Shown: positions 29,306 to 41,806 of the stretch, piece by piece | How positions within the stretch are numbered: position 1 is the stretch's first letter | Layout: the number at the start of each line of letters is the position of its first letter | Origin: Eledone cirrhosa | Taxonomy: Eukaryota | DNA length: 64,000 nucleotides | Direction: 5' to 3' | Assembly (NCBI GenBank): GCA_964016885.1 | Contig: OZ024743.1 | Span: forward strand, 7,812,001-7,876,000 | Notes under the pieces: generated by a model | Database searches by the model: none | The model's input: the letters and a program-made list of their open reading frames with translations, nothing else | Told to the model about the DNA's origin: nothing | Translations under genes and position numbers: made by a program

Positions 29306-29334
<29 letters not shown>

Positions 29335-29337
<3 letters not shown>

Positions 29338-29415
29338 AGGGCGGAAGAACTCATAAGAGTCAACGGCCATCCAAAAATGTGTGAATATGTATATGTATAT
29401 ACACGTGTACATATG

Positions 29416-29480
<65 letters not shown>

Positions 29481-29792
29481 GTGTGCATGTGTATTTATAT
29501 GCGCGAGGACATAGAAATAGTCGGGCTGGATACCCGATCGCGCGGTTAAACCACTGGGAGTGAAGGACCCCTAGCCTTTATCATGGCATTCTTCTAGGAG
29601 AAGACAACTTAGGAAACTGGGATAACTCCAACATAAAACCTGCGACTCAGAGAGTGAGATTGGCTCAGAGCACAGTCTTTCCTCACTTTAAAAAAGTCTC
29701 TTCACGCACAGGCATTGCACGAATTAATTAATAATTGTTAATATGGGTATATCGTGAAATGGCCATACTCGATAACGAGGGGGCAGCCATCA
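29335..29792 (+). mobile_element. RTE-derived non-autonomous element (variant 2), split by a (TA)n tract, with (TATG)n tail
   Basis: Shares agagtcaacggccatccaaaa, cctagccttt..ctaggagaag and the terminal hairpin ggccatactcgataacgagggggcagcca with the 39347-39954 family. Confidence 0.6.
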
Positions 29793-29861
29793 TGTATGTA
29801 TGTATGTATGTATGTATGTATGTATGTATGTATGTATGTATGTATGTATGTATGTATGTAT

Positions 29862-30270
29862 GGGAGAGATGCCCCTTAGCCTTTGTCAAGGCAGAATTCT
29901 AGGAGAAGGAAAACTCTGATATAACACCTACAACCCTGATGGTATCCAATGATGTTGACTTGTTCTTCTTTTTGGTAAATATCATCTTGGTTAAGAGAGT
30001 GGGACTGGCTTTTTGCAGTGCCTTTGCTCACTATAAAAGCTTCACGGCACAGGCATTGCTTTATATCTGGAGATTTCTCTGCACTTGTCGTCACATGGTA
30101 CCATGGGCCCAGCACTAAGTGTCAATAATTGTCACAAGTGTAGTGTTTGTTCCAGAGTTTTCAAGTCGCTGGCTGGACTAAAAAATCACACTCGTTCAGC
30201 GCATCGGTAGGGGTTCTCTTACATGGATATAAAGTAGTGGCCGTACTCGAAAACGAGTTGGCAGCCACCA
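29862..30270 (+). mobile_element. RTE-derived bipartite non-autonomous element, 5'-truncated, with (TATG)n tail
   Basis: RTE 5'-UTR-like block ctaggagaaggaaaactctgat; 3' part encodes CSVCSRVFKSLAGLKNHTRSAHR* (C2H2 finger, 30139-30210); near-identical to 39547-39954. Confidence 0.8.
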
Positions 30271-30629
30271 TGTATGTATGTATGTATGTATGTATGTATG
30301 TATGTATGTATGTATGTATGTATGTATGTATGTATGTATGTATGTGTGTATGAATGTATATATATATATACATGCATACACATATCCATGTGTAAGCGAA
30401 ACTTCGACGAGTAAAGAAAACATAGGAGAATGGTACAGCAAAATGATGATATACAGTAGTTTAACACTTGATATTGTAGGACGTTTCGAACGTTAATCGT
30501 TTATCAAAAGATAGAATGGGGGATAGAAGAACCAGAGAGACAGACAAGTGTAAGAAGAGGAAAAAAATAACGGATTTTTTACTAGATGAAACACGTGTTT
30601 GTTTTGCTACATATATATATACATATATG

Positions 30630-30838
30630 AAAATATATAGCTTTCACCGTATTTTTGACTAAAGGGATCTTTTAGCCTGATAATGGGGTTTAGAACCCTC
30701 AGATAAATGGAAAAAGATGAGTATTGACGTACATGTACGTCAATACTCATCTTTTTCCATTTATCTGAGGGTTCTAAACCCCATTATCAGGCTAAAAGAT
30801 CCCTTTAGTCAAAAATACGGTGAAAGCTATATATTTTC
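30630..30838. repeat. Perfect palindrome, about 100-bp arms, centred on gtacatgtac
   Basis: gaaaatatatagctttcaccg...gacgtac-at-gtacgtc...cggtgaaagctatatattttc; adjoins TA-rich tracts. Confidence 0.9.
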
Positions 30839-30973
30839 TAATTTCAAACCTGCTCACTGTTTCGAAACATACTTACTTGCCATATACATATATATATAAA
30901 TACACAGACACACGCACACACACACATGCACACACACACATGTATATGCATATATATAAAGAGAAGAGATATA

Positions 30974-31051
<78 letters not shown>

Positions 31052-31056
<5 letters not shown>

Positions 31057-31575
31057 TAATAAAATAATGAATAAACAAAGAAACAGTTCCTTATATTAAA
31101 AAAATTCATCATTTTACGATCGTTTCTAGGATATATATGTGTTAGAGTTGGTATGCATATTCTATAGATCTATGTACAATATTTATACAAACTATCAGAG
31201 GGAATATACATACCTACACATATATATGCTGTCTTCAGAAATAATGATTATTTCTGAAGACAGCATATATATGTGTAGGTATGTATATTCCCTCTGATAA
31301 TTTGTATAAATATTGTACATAGATCTATAGAATATGCATACCAACTCTAACACATATATATCCTAGAAACGATCGTAAAATGATGAATTTTTTTAATATA
31401 AGGAACTGTTTCTTTGTTTATTCATTATTTTATTAATTTATCTTGACTCTGTTTTCCGTTTATTTTTCACCGAAACTAGTTTTTGAATGCATCGTCTCTT
31501 TTCATAATATCCGGATTACATTGAGTTCTTCATACGGATTGGACACTACCGTAAACTTTTGGTAGATTTATCTAC
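31052..31575. mobile_element. Family E palindrome (about 190-bp arms, centre 31246) plus 3' tail, in (TA)n
   Basis: Arms are reverse complements with one visible mismatch; a second copy of one arm lies at 55223-55408. Confidence 0.85.
31247..31384 (+). ncRNA. Type I hammerhead with 105-nt extended stem II (family E)
   Basis: attattt-CTGAAGA-[cagcatatatatgtgt...acacatatatatccta]-GAAAC-gatc-GTA-aaatgat; mirrored on the minus strand in the left arm. Confidence 0.65.
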
Positions 31576-31683
<108 letters not shown>

Positions 31684-31827
31684 GAAAAAAAATGAAAACG
31701 AAATTTCATTTCTCACTCTTAGTACAGCACTTACTTACATATATATATATATACATATTCTTAGTACACACATACTTACATATATATATATACATATTCA
31801 CACACACGTACACACACACACACACAC

Positions 31828-31913
<86 letters not shown>

Positions 31914-33958
31914 CATATATACACGTATGTTAGGTCACTGTAAAACCGAACTATCCGTTGCATTGTTGGGTCGCTGGTGATAAACACGTCAACCCCACTA
32001 AGCCTGCTTGTTGTGGAGAATGAAATTTTAACACCATGTCGCATGAAATACAAAACCTATCAAAAGGGTGGAGGAACTCATCAGAGTCAACGGCCATCCA
32101 ACACTATGTACATATGCTTATGCCTATATATGCTTATTTACATGTTTATGTAAATACACATAAGAGAAGCATACACTTACTTGTAGTCCCTTGCTATCTT
32201 GCTTTGTGCTTTGTTTTAGCTTGTTACTTACTTCAAACATTTAGATATAGGTTCTCGTGTTGTCGCAGATTTTGTCACTATGTAATCTGATAAGTAGGCA
32301 CTTTATTGACTGCTGTCTTATTGTCTTTCTTTTATCTTTTAAACCGTCTTTTAAATACTCTGTTAATATTTCCCTGTCCAATTTTCTGTTGTCGTCGTCG
32401 TTATCGTTGTTATTGTGGTGGTGAAGAGTGAAGGTATTTATATAACTTTAGACAGATAAATGAGAGAGGTAAATGGGATCTTATACACAATGTATACTAT
32501 TGAGTCTATACATAAACAGAATCATTAACTGCTTAATTAACACAACCACAAGGGTATAGTCCGAACGTGGAAGAGCCGAACTCCCACTGTCATCGCCTCC
32601 ATCTCTTTCATCCTCCCCATTTCTCCGTATGGTGACTAAATGGGGTCCCATGTGCTGGCCTCCCCACAGCCCCGGCGGACAGAATGGAGAAGGCGTTTCC
32701 CCGGAGGATGGTAAGGGAGCTGAGCTGGAAGAGCCATTCCAACTCACGAGGCTCACACCTGCGGCTGGCCAGCTCAGCGCCTATGGTGGTGAGTAGTGGT
32801 TGTTGTTGATATTGTCAGTGTTTTGTAACCACGATCAGTCCTGATCAAACGGGTTGCAGAAGATTTAGGTGCTAATTGTAACAGCCTGCAGCTCCATCAT
32901 TGGCCCTTGTTGACGTTGAGGATGTAGCAGTCAAAGTTGTTCATATTGTTGTGGTTGTTGTTTAATTTTTATACAGCAAACCTATAAGGAAAGATATTCC
33001 AGCCATGATTATTCCGTCTTGCTTTCAGGGACATTGTACCTAGGATCACATCGTCCAATATATCTTTTCTTTTTCAAGACAGTAGGGTGTAATTTGAAGG
33101 AAATCTGGCTGATACTTCTCTCAGGTTGAATGACAACTTATAGCTTTCCTTGTCATTGTTGTTGGTGATATTTTCAACAATTTTTTATGTTATATTTTGT
33201 ATAATTTAGGTTTTCATTATATTTTGTATATTTGTGGGATCAGTTGTATTTTAAATGTCTCGGTTTTTGTGTTGCTGTTGATTTTCTCATTATTTATACT
33301 TTCATTTGAATTAGCTCTACGTTTAGCTTCCCTTCCCTTTAAAGAAGGGAGGCAGCTAGCACCAAAATAAGAATAACTTTAACCTTCATGGTAGTGGCTA
33401 AGATGAAAAATTATATCTGTCATCTAGGTAGAAACAAATCAAATATCAATAAATAATGATATTCATCACCTAAAGGAAGGAACGAATAAATATAAAACAA
33501 TTTAAATCTCTTATTGCTTGATATAATAGGAAAAATAAATTTTACAAATTAAACGTTTGATAGAAAAATATAAGGAAGACAAAATTCTATAGAAGTGTCT
33601 TCCAAACACGTCTTAACACGGTAATATCTAACGACAACAAAATAATGATGCTAATAATTGCAATGACATCCAAGAAAGAAATTTGGGCGAAAGATGTGTC
33701 GGTTAAATTTATGAACTCCGGTGGACAAATGACGAATTTCATATTGGTAAAAGAACGTAACTAAATATTCCCAAACAACTCAATATCAGAAATAAAACTA
33801 TACATATAAATGCATTAGTTATTTATATTATAAACTACATAGAAACATTATATTATCTAAAGAGCCTAGAAAAGAAAACACGGATTTATCATACTAAAGC
33901 TGATGACAATAAAATATACCGAACAAATATATAGGGAGAAAGAGATTTGGTAAATATA

Positions 33959-34078
33959 GGAAACTACAACATATAGAAAACATATAGGGAAAAAGTAATT
34001 ACAGCAGTTGACAGGTCTGCCTTAATGACCTGCTGTAATTACTTTTTCCCTATATTTTTTCAATATATTGTAGTTTCC
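33959..34078. repeat. Imperfect inverted repeat (about 50-bp arms)
   Basis: ggaaactacaa...atagggaaaaagtaattacagcag versus ctgctgtaattactttttccctat...ttgtagtttcc. Confidence 0.75.
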
Positions 34079-34299
34079 TCACCCACTCACTTTGGAGTGG
34101 GTGAGCGATGTCTTCCCTTGTAAAAATGGGTATAGCTTTCATTATTTAAAATCTCCCCATTTTGCCCCATTTCTCCTAGATTTGTGGCACGTTTTTAATG
34201 GTACCCCCCCCCCCCGTTTGAGTTTTTAGAGGATTGTTGGTCTGATTAAGGTTAATTACAAACAAGAAAATGTATACTGAATAATATAAAAGTACACAA

Positions 34300-34374
<75 letters not shown>

Positions 34375-34689
34375 GAAAGTACATATATATATATATATGG
34401 ATAGAATAAAGTAGAAACTACAAGCTGAATACACCGATCAAAAGGTTTACATAAGATATAGAACACAAAATTATTGAAAAGGCAAACACTCTAAAACAAC
34501 ATCAAAAGAAAAGCAGATCCCCTTAACGTATTAATGAAGCAATGGAACATGTACTTCAGACCAGAATCAATATTCTGCAAGGTCAGGTAAAGAAGTTGAA
34601 GACTAGTTGAAGGGCTCTAGACTATAGGCAAAAAGGGAAGGTATCGTTTTAACTGAACTAGATTTATTCCTAGACACTCAAATAACACC

Positions 34690-35040
34690 AAAATAAAATA
34701 ATTATGCGGACTAATATGAACTGCAGACTGTATAATTAACAAGAATAAACAAGCAGTCACATCATATCTGACTGCCCGCTCCTCGAAAATGCAGAATATA
34801 TCAATAAATAAGACTAAATATGTTGAGTTTATCCACTAGACAAATATAGGCACTTCCTCATGAAAACCGAAAATAAATGGTATAAGCACGCGTCAAATTT
34901 TGTCTTTGGCATTGATATGGCCACATTACTTTCAGGCTTTCAGACCGACAAGGAAATTAAATTGAATATTCCATATAGCGTAATTTAAACCAGAAAGAAA
35001 ATCTATGCACTCTGAGAGTCATTTCAATTCTTTTGACTAA
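34690..35040 (+). pseudogene. Heavily decayed RLE-type LINE fragment
   Basis: NCRLYN*QE*TSSHIISDCPLLENAEY (CCHC remnant), KWYKH and TDKEIK blocks. Confidence 0.6.
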
Positions 35041-35786
35041 GAAGATAGTAAAAAAATCTATTGACTGACTAGATATAACAACACGTTCTATGTTACAATT
35101 CAGTAATACAACACATAAAGCATAGAATCACCCCCACAATACTATAAATGCTGTTACAACACTAAAACACTTCAGAAAACAACAAAACACCCCACCACAG
35201 CAAATTAGATATAACTTGAACAGCATCCCGCACCCTCAAACAGCATTAAAACTTATGCTTCAGGACCACAGAGCTAGTCACTTTCCCCAAAAGACAATAC
35301 TACAAACACATTCAGAACAAAGAAGTGCACTTATGAGTGCACTGAAAACTTGCATCGAACCACACAAAATTGCGACAGAAGATTCGATTACATCGATGAC
35401 AGCACTTGATTGGAAGTACTCGATCGATTTTAAAATAAAATTCTAACCATTCCGATGCGATTTGAACATAGAATATCGAGAGTTCATTTGATTCTATTAT
35501 CCACTACCCTAACATCAGTAGACTAACATCTTATATAGAAACAAGGCTACATTATTTGGGAAGGGATGCATAATCGATTATATTGCCATATCCAAATGTG
35601 AATGTAATCTGAAAGTTGTAAACTTCCTGGCTTAAAATATTATATTGGGCACAGTTTGAGTCAGGCTGACCATCCACCAGAAGCAACTACAACATTTTAT
35701 AATACAGAACACAAAACGAATCTAGATAACATTGTTAATTAATAACACCACCATCCTATATATAACTCCCTAATAATAACTATAAT

Positions 35787-36177
35787 ATTTGAAATTTGAA
35801 GTATAGTCGTCCCAGTGTAAACCACTATAACAAAAGTCGATTACTATAAATAATGGTTTCTGATTTAGACACAAATCCAGCAATTTCGGGGGAGGGGAAA
35901 GTCGATTAAATCGATCCCAGTGCGTGACTGGTACTTTATTTTATCGACCCCGTAAAGATGAAAAGCAAAGCTAACCTAGCGAGGAATACTATAAATAGAT
36001 AGTAGTTGAGAAAATCAAGTAAAATATCATTGGAGGTGGAAAAAGTAAACAGAGGCGCCTGTCCACTTTTTCTCTCCCAGGAGTACATTATTTGATTCTC
36101 TCAACTATTATTTGCAGTAATCGACCATTTTTATAATAATTTACATTGAGACAAACTATATTTCAAATTTCAAATTT
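35787..36177. mobile_element. Old fold-back/MITE-like element with nested SINE (35853-35986, minus)
   Basis: Diverged long inverted arms beginning atttgaaatttgaa; the SINE is bounded by TSD tactataaata (35842-35852, 35987-35997). Confidence 0.7.
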
Positions 36178-36182
36178 CCCCA

Positions 36183-36525
36183 ATAGGTAGCTCGGATATC
36201 AGAGAGTCACTCCAGGTAAAGCCTCTACTTCTTCGAATTGAGAGATCACAGCTCCGATACTATAGGTATGTGGTAAGAATGTCTCAGGAAAGAATCACTG
36301 GACAGATTTTACGGGCAAAACCAACCAGCAAGAGACCCAGGGTTAGAGCCCGAGCAAGATGGTTGGATAACATCCATGATCTTGGCTAGTCACGCTTGGG
36401 GATCCAGCCGGATCAGTTGGAAACGGTTGCTTCTGACAGGACCCTCTGGAAGGAGTGTTTGAGGACTCTGCCCCCACGACTCTCTCAAGAATAAGTGGGC
36501 GAAGAAGAAGAAGGAGAAGAAGAAG
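36183..36525 (+). mobile_element. RTE-clade LINE 3' end with (GAA)n tail
   Basis: Translates SDIRESLQVKPLLLRIERSQLRYYRYVVRM...KRPRVRARARWLDNI...DRTLWKECLRTLPPR with one internal stop; probable 11-bp TSD aaatttcccca/aaatttctcca. Confidence 0.85.
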
Positions 36526-36639
36526 AAATTTCTCCACTGTTTCTTGAGTCAACTAGTTGTTCAAACTGGAAGATTAGTTATGGAGTCTTTATTAGAGCAT
36601 ATGGGAAATAAACCAGGAAAGTAACTTAACCATTAAATA

Positions 36640-36812
36640 ATTGTTTCTACTTTAGGCACAAGGCCAGCAATTATCCAGTGCATTACTGGTACTTTATTTT
36701 ATCGACCCCGTAAGGATGAAAGGCAAAGTCAACCTCGGCGGGATTTGAACTCAGATCGTAAAGGGACGTAACTATGCTGGAAAGCATGGCGTCCGACCCT
36801 CTACCGATACTG
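36640..36812 (-). mobile_element. tRNA-derived SINE, dominant family
   Basis: Consensus-like copy; TSD ttaaataat. Confidence 0.9.
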
Positions 36813-37117
36813 TTAAATAATGTTAAATCCTAAGATTTTATCAGTTATAACAATATTCCCATTAACACTTGTTGAGTACTACAATAAAAAAAAAAGCACA
36901 CGGCAACAACAAACCTCCGTCTCGACTTTATTAAAGAAAAAGAAGCTTTGAAAAGTTAATGGACATAGAAATGGTATTGTTCCAAATTAAACATAAAGGA
37001 TCAATAAGGAAAGGTGGAAAAATATTAATGAAGAAGATTAAACTCTAACACGGTTGAGTCCTCAATATAATATATTTGAGAGAAAAACTGTCTTCCCTTC
37101 ACACACACACACACAGA

Positions 37118-37268
<151 letters not shown>

Positions 37269-37411
37269 CTACACACACACACCGATAGTTAGATAGCTAG
37301 TTGATTATAATAAATATTTTGAGTTATATAGAAATAATATAAAACGTAACTGAATATAGGATTCAATACGTTACGGAGAGTTATTTATTTATTTTGGTTT
37401 TTACATATTTA

Positions 37412-38386
37412 AAGGATGGGACGTTGTTTGTGACTGCGGCATCGAACCACAGACTACGCAGCACCTCCTGATATGTACCCTGCTGGAACACCCCTACACA
37501 GCATTGGACATAGCAGAACATACACACACACACAATCTCTCTCTCACACACATACACACACAAACAATCTCTCTCTCTCACACATACACACACAAACAAT
37601 CTCTCTCTCTCACACATACACACACAAACAATCTCTCTCTCTCACACATACACACACAAACAATCTCTCTCTCTCACACATACACACACAAACAATCTCT
37701 CTCTCTCTCACACATACACACACAAACAATCTCTCTCTCTCTCACACATATGTATGTGTGTGAGAGAGATTGTTTGTGTGTGTGTGTGAGAGAGAGATTG
37801 TTTGTGTGTGTGTGTGAGAGAGATTGTTTGTGTGTGTGTGTGAGAGATTGTTTGTATGTGTATGTGTGTGAGAGAGAGATTGTTTGTATGTGTGTGTGTG
37901 AGAGATTGTTTGTATGTGTATGTGTGTGAGAGAGATTGTTTGTATGTGTGTGTGTGAGAGATTGTTTGTATGTGTATGTGTGTGAGAGAGAGATTGTTTG
38001 TATGTGTGTGTGTGAGAGATTGTTTGTATGTGTATGTGTGTGAGAGAGATTGTTTGTATGTGTGTGTGTGAGAGATTGTTTGTATGTGTATGTGTGTGAG
38101 AGAGAGATTGTTTGTATGTGTGTGTGTGAGAGATTGTTTGTATGTGTATGTGTGTGAGAGAGATTGTTTGTATGTGTGTGTGTGAGAGATTGTTTGTATG
38201 TGTATGTGTGTGAGAGAGATTGTTTGTATGTGTGTGTGTGAGAGATTGTTTGTATGTGTATGTGTGTGAGAGGGAGATTGTTTGTGTGTGTGTGTGAGAG
38301 AGAAAGACAGCAATGTGTTCAGCTGTGGCGGAACCACATCTAACCAAGCTTTGTGGCTGACACTCCTGTGGACACGATAAGAAGAT
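37412..38386 (+). pseudogene. I-group (Ingi/Vingi-like) LINE 3' end split by a minisatellite
   Basis: CDCGIEPQTTQHLLICTLL...TALDIAE before the array, then QCVQLWRNHI* and terminal ggacacgataagaag after it. Confidence 0.6.
37519..38302. repeat. Minisatellite (about 26-32-bp unit cacacatacacacacaaacaatctctctct) that reverses orientation at about 37750
   Basis: About 8 units forward, then about 20 units in reverse complement. Confidence 0.9.
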
Positions 38387-38701
38387 TTTAAAACTGTACG
38401 AAGTACATTTTCAAACACTACAAGGGCTAAAACTATATATATATATTATCTCTCTCTCTCACCCTCTCTCTCTCTCTGTATATATATATATATCCTTATA
38501 CATACATATAATATCCTTGTTTATATGTATGTATATATATATATTATATACAAATATATATATATATTCTTATTGTATGTATGTATGTATATATGTATGT
38601 ATATATATATATATATATATTATATACAAATATATATATATATTCTTATTGGCAACATGACCCTCCCAAAGTATAACAATATATATATATATGTATGTAT
38701 G

Positions 38702-38732
<31 letters not shown>

Positions 38733-38890
38733 TTATGTATGTATGTATGTTTGTATATATGTATGTATGTATTTATACATGTATGTATATATGTATGTAT
38801 ATATATATATATGTATATATATATGTAAATGTATGTATATATATATGTATATGTATGTATATTTATATGTATATGTATGTATATATATAT

Positions 38891-38923
<33 letters not shown>

Positions 38924-38939
38924 TATATATATATCTATA

Positions 38940-39017
<78 letters not shown>

Positions 39018-39107
39018 ATGGAAAAATTTGAACAGGGACAAAACAGAGAGGCAGTACAACAAATGTTTATTAATTTCACGCTCTGGAGAGTGGGGTGTTG
39101 GTGGGGG

Positions 39108-39140
39108 ACGACGTTTCGGGCATAAGCCCTTCCTCAGGTG
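39108..39140 (-). ncRNA. Minimal hammerhead motif in a Penelope-like terminal repeat (39015-39260)
   Basis: Minus strand ac-CTGAGGA-a-gggc-ttat-gccc-GAAAC-GTC-gt, then AATAAA about 35 nt downstream and (TA)n; stem I is only 2 bp. Confidence 0.6.
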
Positions 39141-39297
39141 GGAAGTGTGTGGGAACAGAGTTCAAAGGGTGTGTAGGGGAGTGGTGGAGAGAAATATAGC
39201 GAAAGGAAACGGTGCGAATGAAAAAATAAAAAATAAAGATAAAAATAAAAATAAAGCATGATCAAAATACAAGGAATGAGATAAATTTAAAAATAAA

Positions 39298-39332
<35 letters not shown>

Positions 39333-39346
39333 GTGTGTATATATAT

Positions 39347-39952
39347 GTCAGGTCACCAGTTGGTGCTACTGGTAACATGTATCCCAGTACAACCTGTCTC
39401 ATGGTCCGGCCGTTATCGACTAAACTGGCAACCCCACCAAGGTTTCTTGGTGAGGAGGGTGGTTTGGACATCCTGCAGGACTAAAAAAAAAACCTGTCAA
39501 AGGGCAAAGGAGCTCTTAAGAGTCAATGGCCATCCAAAATCACCGGGTGAGATGATCCCTTAGCCTTTGTCAAGGCAGAGTTCTAGGAGAAGGAAAACTC
39601 TGATATAACACCTGCAACCCTGATGGTATCCAATGATGTTGACTTGTTCTTCTTTTTGGTAAATATCATCTTCGTTAAGAGAGTGGGACTGGCTTTGTGC
39701 AGTGCCTTTGCTCACTATAAAAGCTTCATGGCACAGGCATTGCTTTATATCTGGAGATCTCTCTGCACTTGTCGTCACATGGTACCATGGGCCTAGCACT
39801 ATGTGTCAATAATTGTCACAAGTGTAGTGTTTGTACCAGAGTTTTCAAGTCGCTGGCTGGACTAAAAAGTCACACTCGTTAAGCGCATCGGTAGGGGTTC
39901 TCCTACATGGATATAAAGTAGTGGCCGTACTCGAAAACGAGTTGGCAGCGAC

Positions 39953-39954
<2 letters not shown>
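39347..39954 (+). mobile_element. RTE-derived bipartite non-autonomous element, longest copy
   Basis: Extends 29862-30270 by about 200 bp at the 5' end; same finger-coding 3' part (with a premature stop) and terminal hairpin. Confidence 0.8.
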
Positions 39955-40015
<61 letters not shown>

Positions 40016-40332
40016 ATATATATATGTATTATATATGTGTATATGTGTTGTACATATGAATATGTCTGTGCGTGTCTGTGTAGATGGGTGGGTATGTGTG
40101 ATTTATGTTTTATTATTTATATTTTATATCACATTCCACGCTGTGTTTGTGTGTAATGTTATGCCTCGCTGGCAAATAAAGAAATAAATCGCCGTCATCA
40201 TATCATCATTATTTTTGTTGTTCTAGGTATTATTATTTGTGTTATTGTTGCTATTGTAGCTGTTTGTGTCTTCGTTTCCATGAATCGTACTGCACTTAGT
40301 CGTATGGCGATTGTTTCTGAGTTTTTATCATT

Positions 40333-40565
<233 letters not shown>

Positions 40566-40584
40566 TATAGTCCTATATATATAC

Positions 40585-40681
<97 letters not shown>

Positions 40682-41488
40682 CATATATATGTATATAGAT
40701 ATATATACATATGTATATATATACATATATATCCATATATATATATATACACATATATATACATATATACATATATACATATATACATATATAATATGTG
40801 TATATATATATATATACATATACACACACACACACATATATATATATATACACTATATATACTCTCTGTCTCTCTCTGTTTGAGTGTCTGCGTATCTGTC
40901 TCTATTTCTCTCTCAATGTCTCACATTGTCTCTCTTTTTCTCGCTCTTATCTTTTTTAAGTCCTTACCCCTAGATAACTTCTCCAGTTGCTATAGTGATA
41001 TATTCTGGTCTGCTAGAATCCAGATATCTATCACTAGATACTTTTTCTATCTGGTGGTCCCTGGCAGTCATACCAGAGTACAAGAATTGTTTGCTCTTAT
41101 TGTGTTTGCGTGAACACATATGTCCTATTAGCCTATTTTACAGCATGTGTCGGTACCACATTTGCAGATATTTGCCACTGTCAGAAGAAATGAGATCAAT
41201 CAATGTTTCATAGTAATAATAAAAAAAAAATATGCTATTGATTTTATGTCCTGAATTTCTGTTTTAGTAGTTTCTCTTAGAAGCTCGAATACTTAATTGT
41301 TATGCAGGATGAAATACTTGCAACCAAGTTAACTTCATATCCCTAGCATATTATTGATAAGTATCCACACAGCAGCACTATTAAATTCTAACAAAAGTTC
41401 CTTTGGGGATTTCTTTCATCTTTCCTTCTATATTTGGGGATTACACCAGATGGTTTACACACACACACACACATATATATATATCATT

Positions 41489-41806
41489 TCGGACGCCATG
41501 CTTTCCAGCATAGTTACGTCCCTTTACGGTCTGAGTTCAAATCCCGCCAAGGTGAACTTTGCCTGTCATCCTTACGGGGTAGATAAAATAAAGTACCAGT
41601 AATGCACTGGGTAATTGCTGGCCTTGTGCCAAAAGTAGAAACAATTATTTAATGCTTTCCAGCATAGTTACGTCCCTTTACAGTCTGAGTTCAAATCCCG
41701 CCAAGGTGAACTTTGCCTTTCATCCTTACGGGGGTCGATAAAATAAAGTACCAGTAATGGACTGGGATAATTGCTGGCCTTGTACCAAAAATAGAAACAA
41801 TTATTT
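41489..41806 (+). mobile_element. Two tandem copies of the dominant SINE
   Basis: 41489-41652 and 41653-41806 are head-to-tail. Confidence 0.9.

Noticed and set aside
32070-32100. CTGATGAG on the minus strand as a hammerhead
   Set aside because: No stem II followed by GAAA; it is a piece of the RTE-derived repeat 5' region.
34062-34115. Hairpin plus GAAAC on the minus strand as a hammerhead
   Set aside because: No CUGANGA-like segment upstream and no NUH/stem III closure.
37519-38302. Regular repeats resembling a CRISPR array, and 200+ aa ORFs across them
   Set aside because: There are no unique spacers and no cas genes; this is a eukaryotic low-complexity minisatellite.
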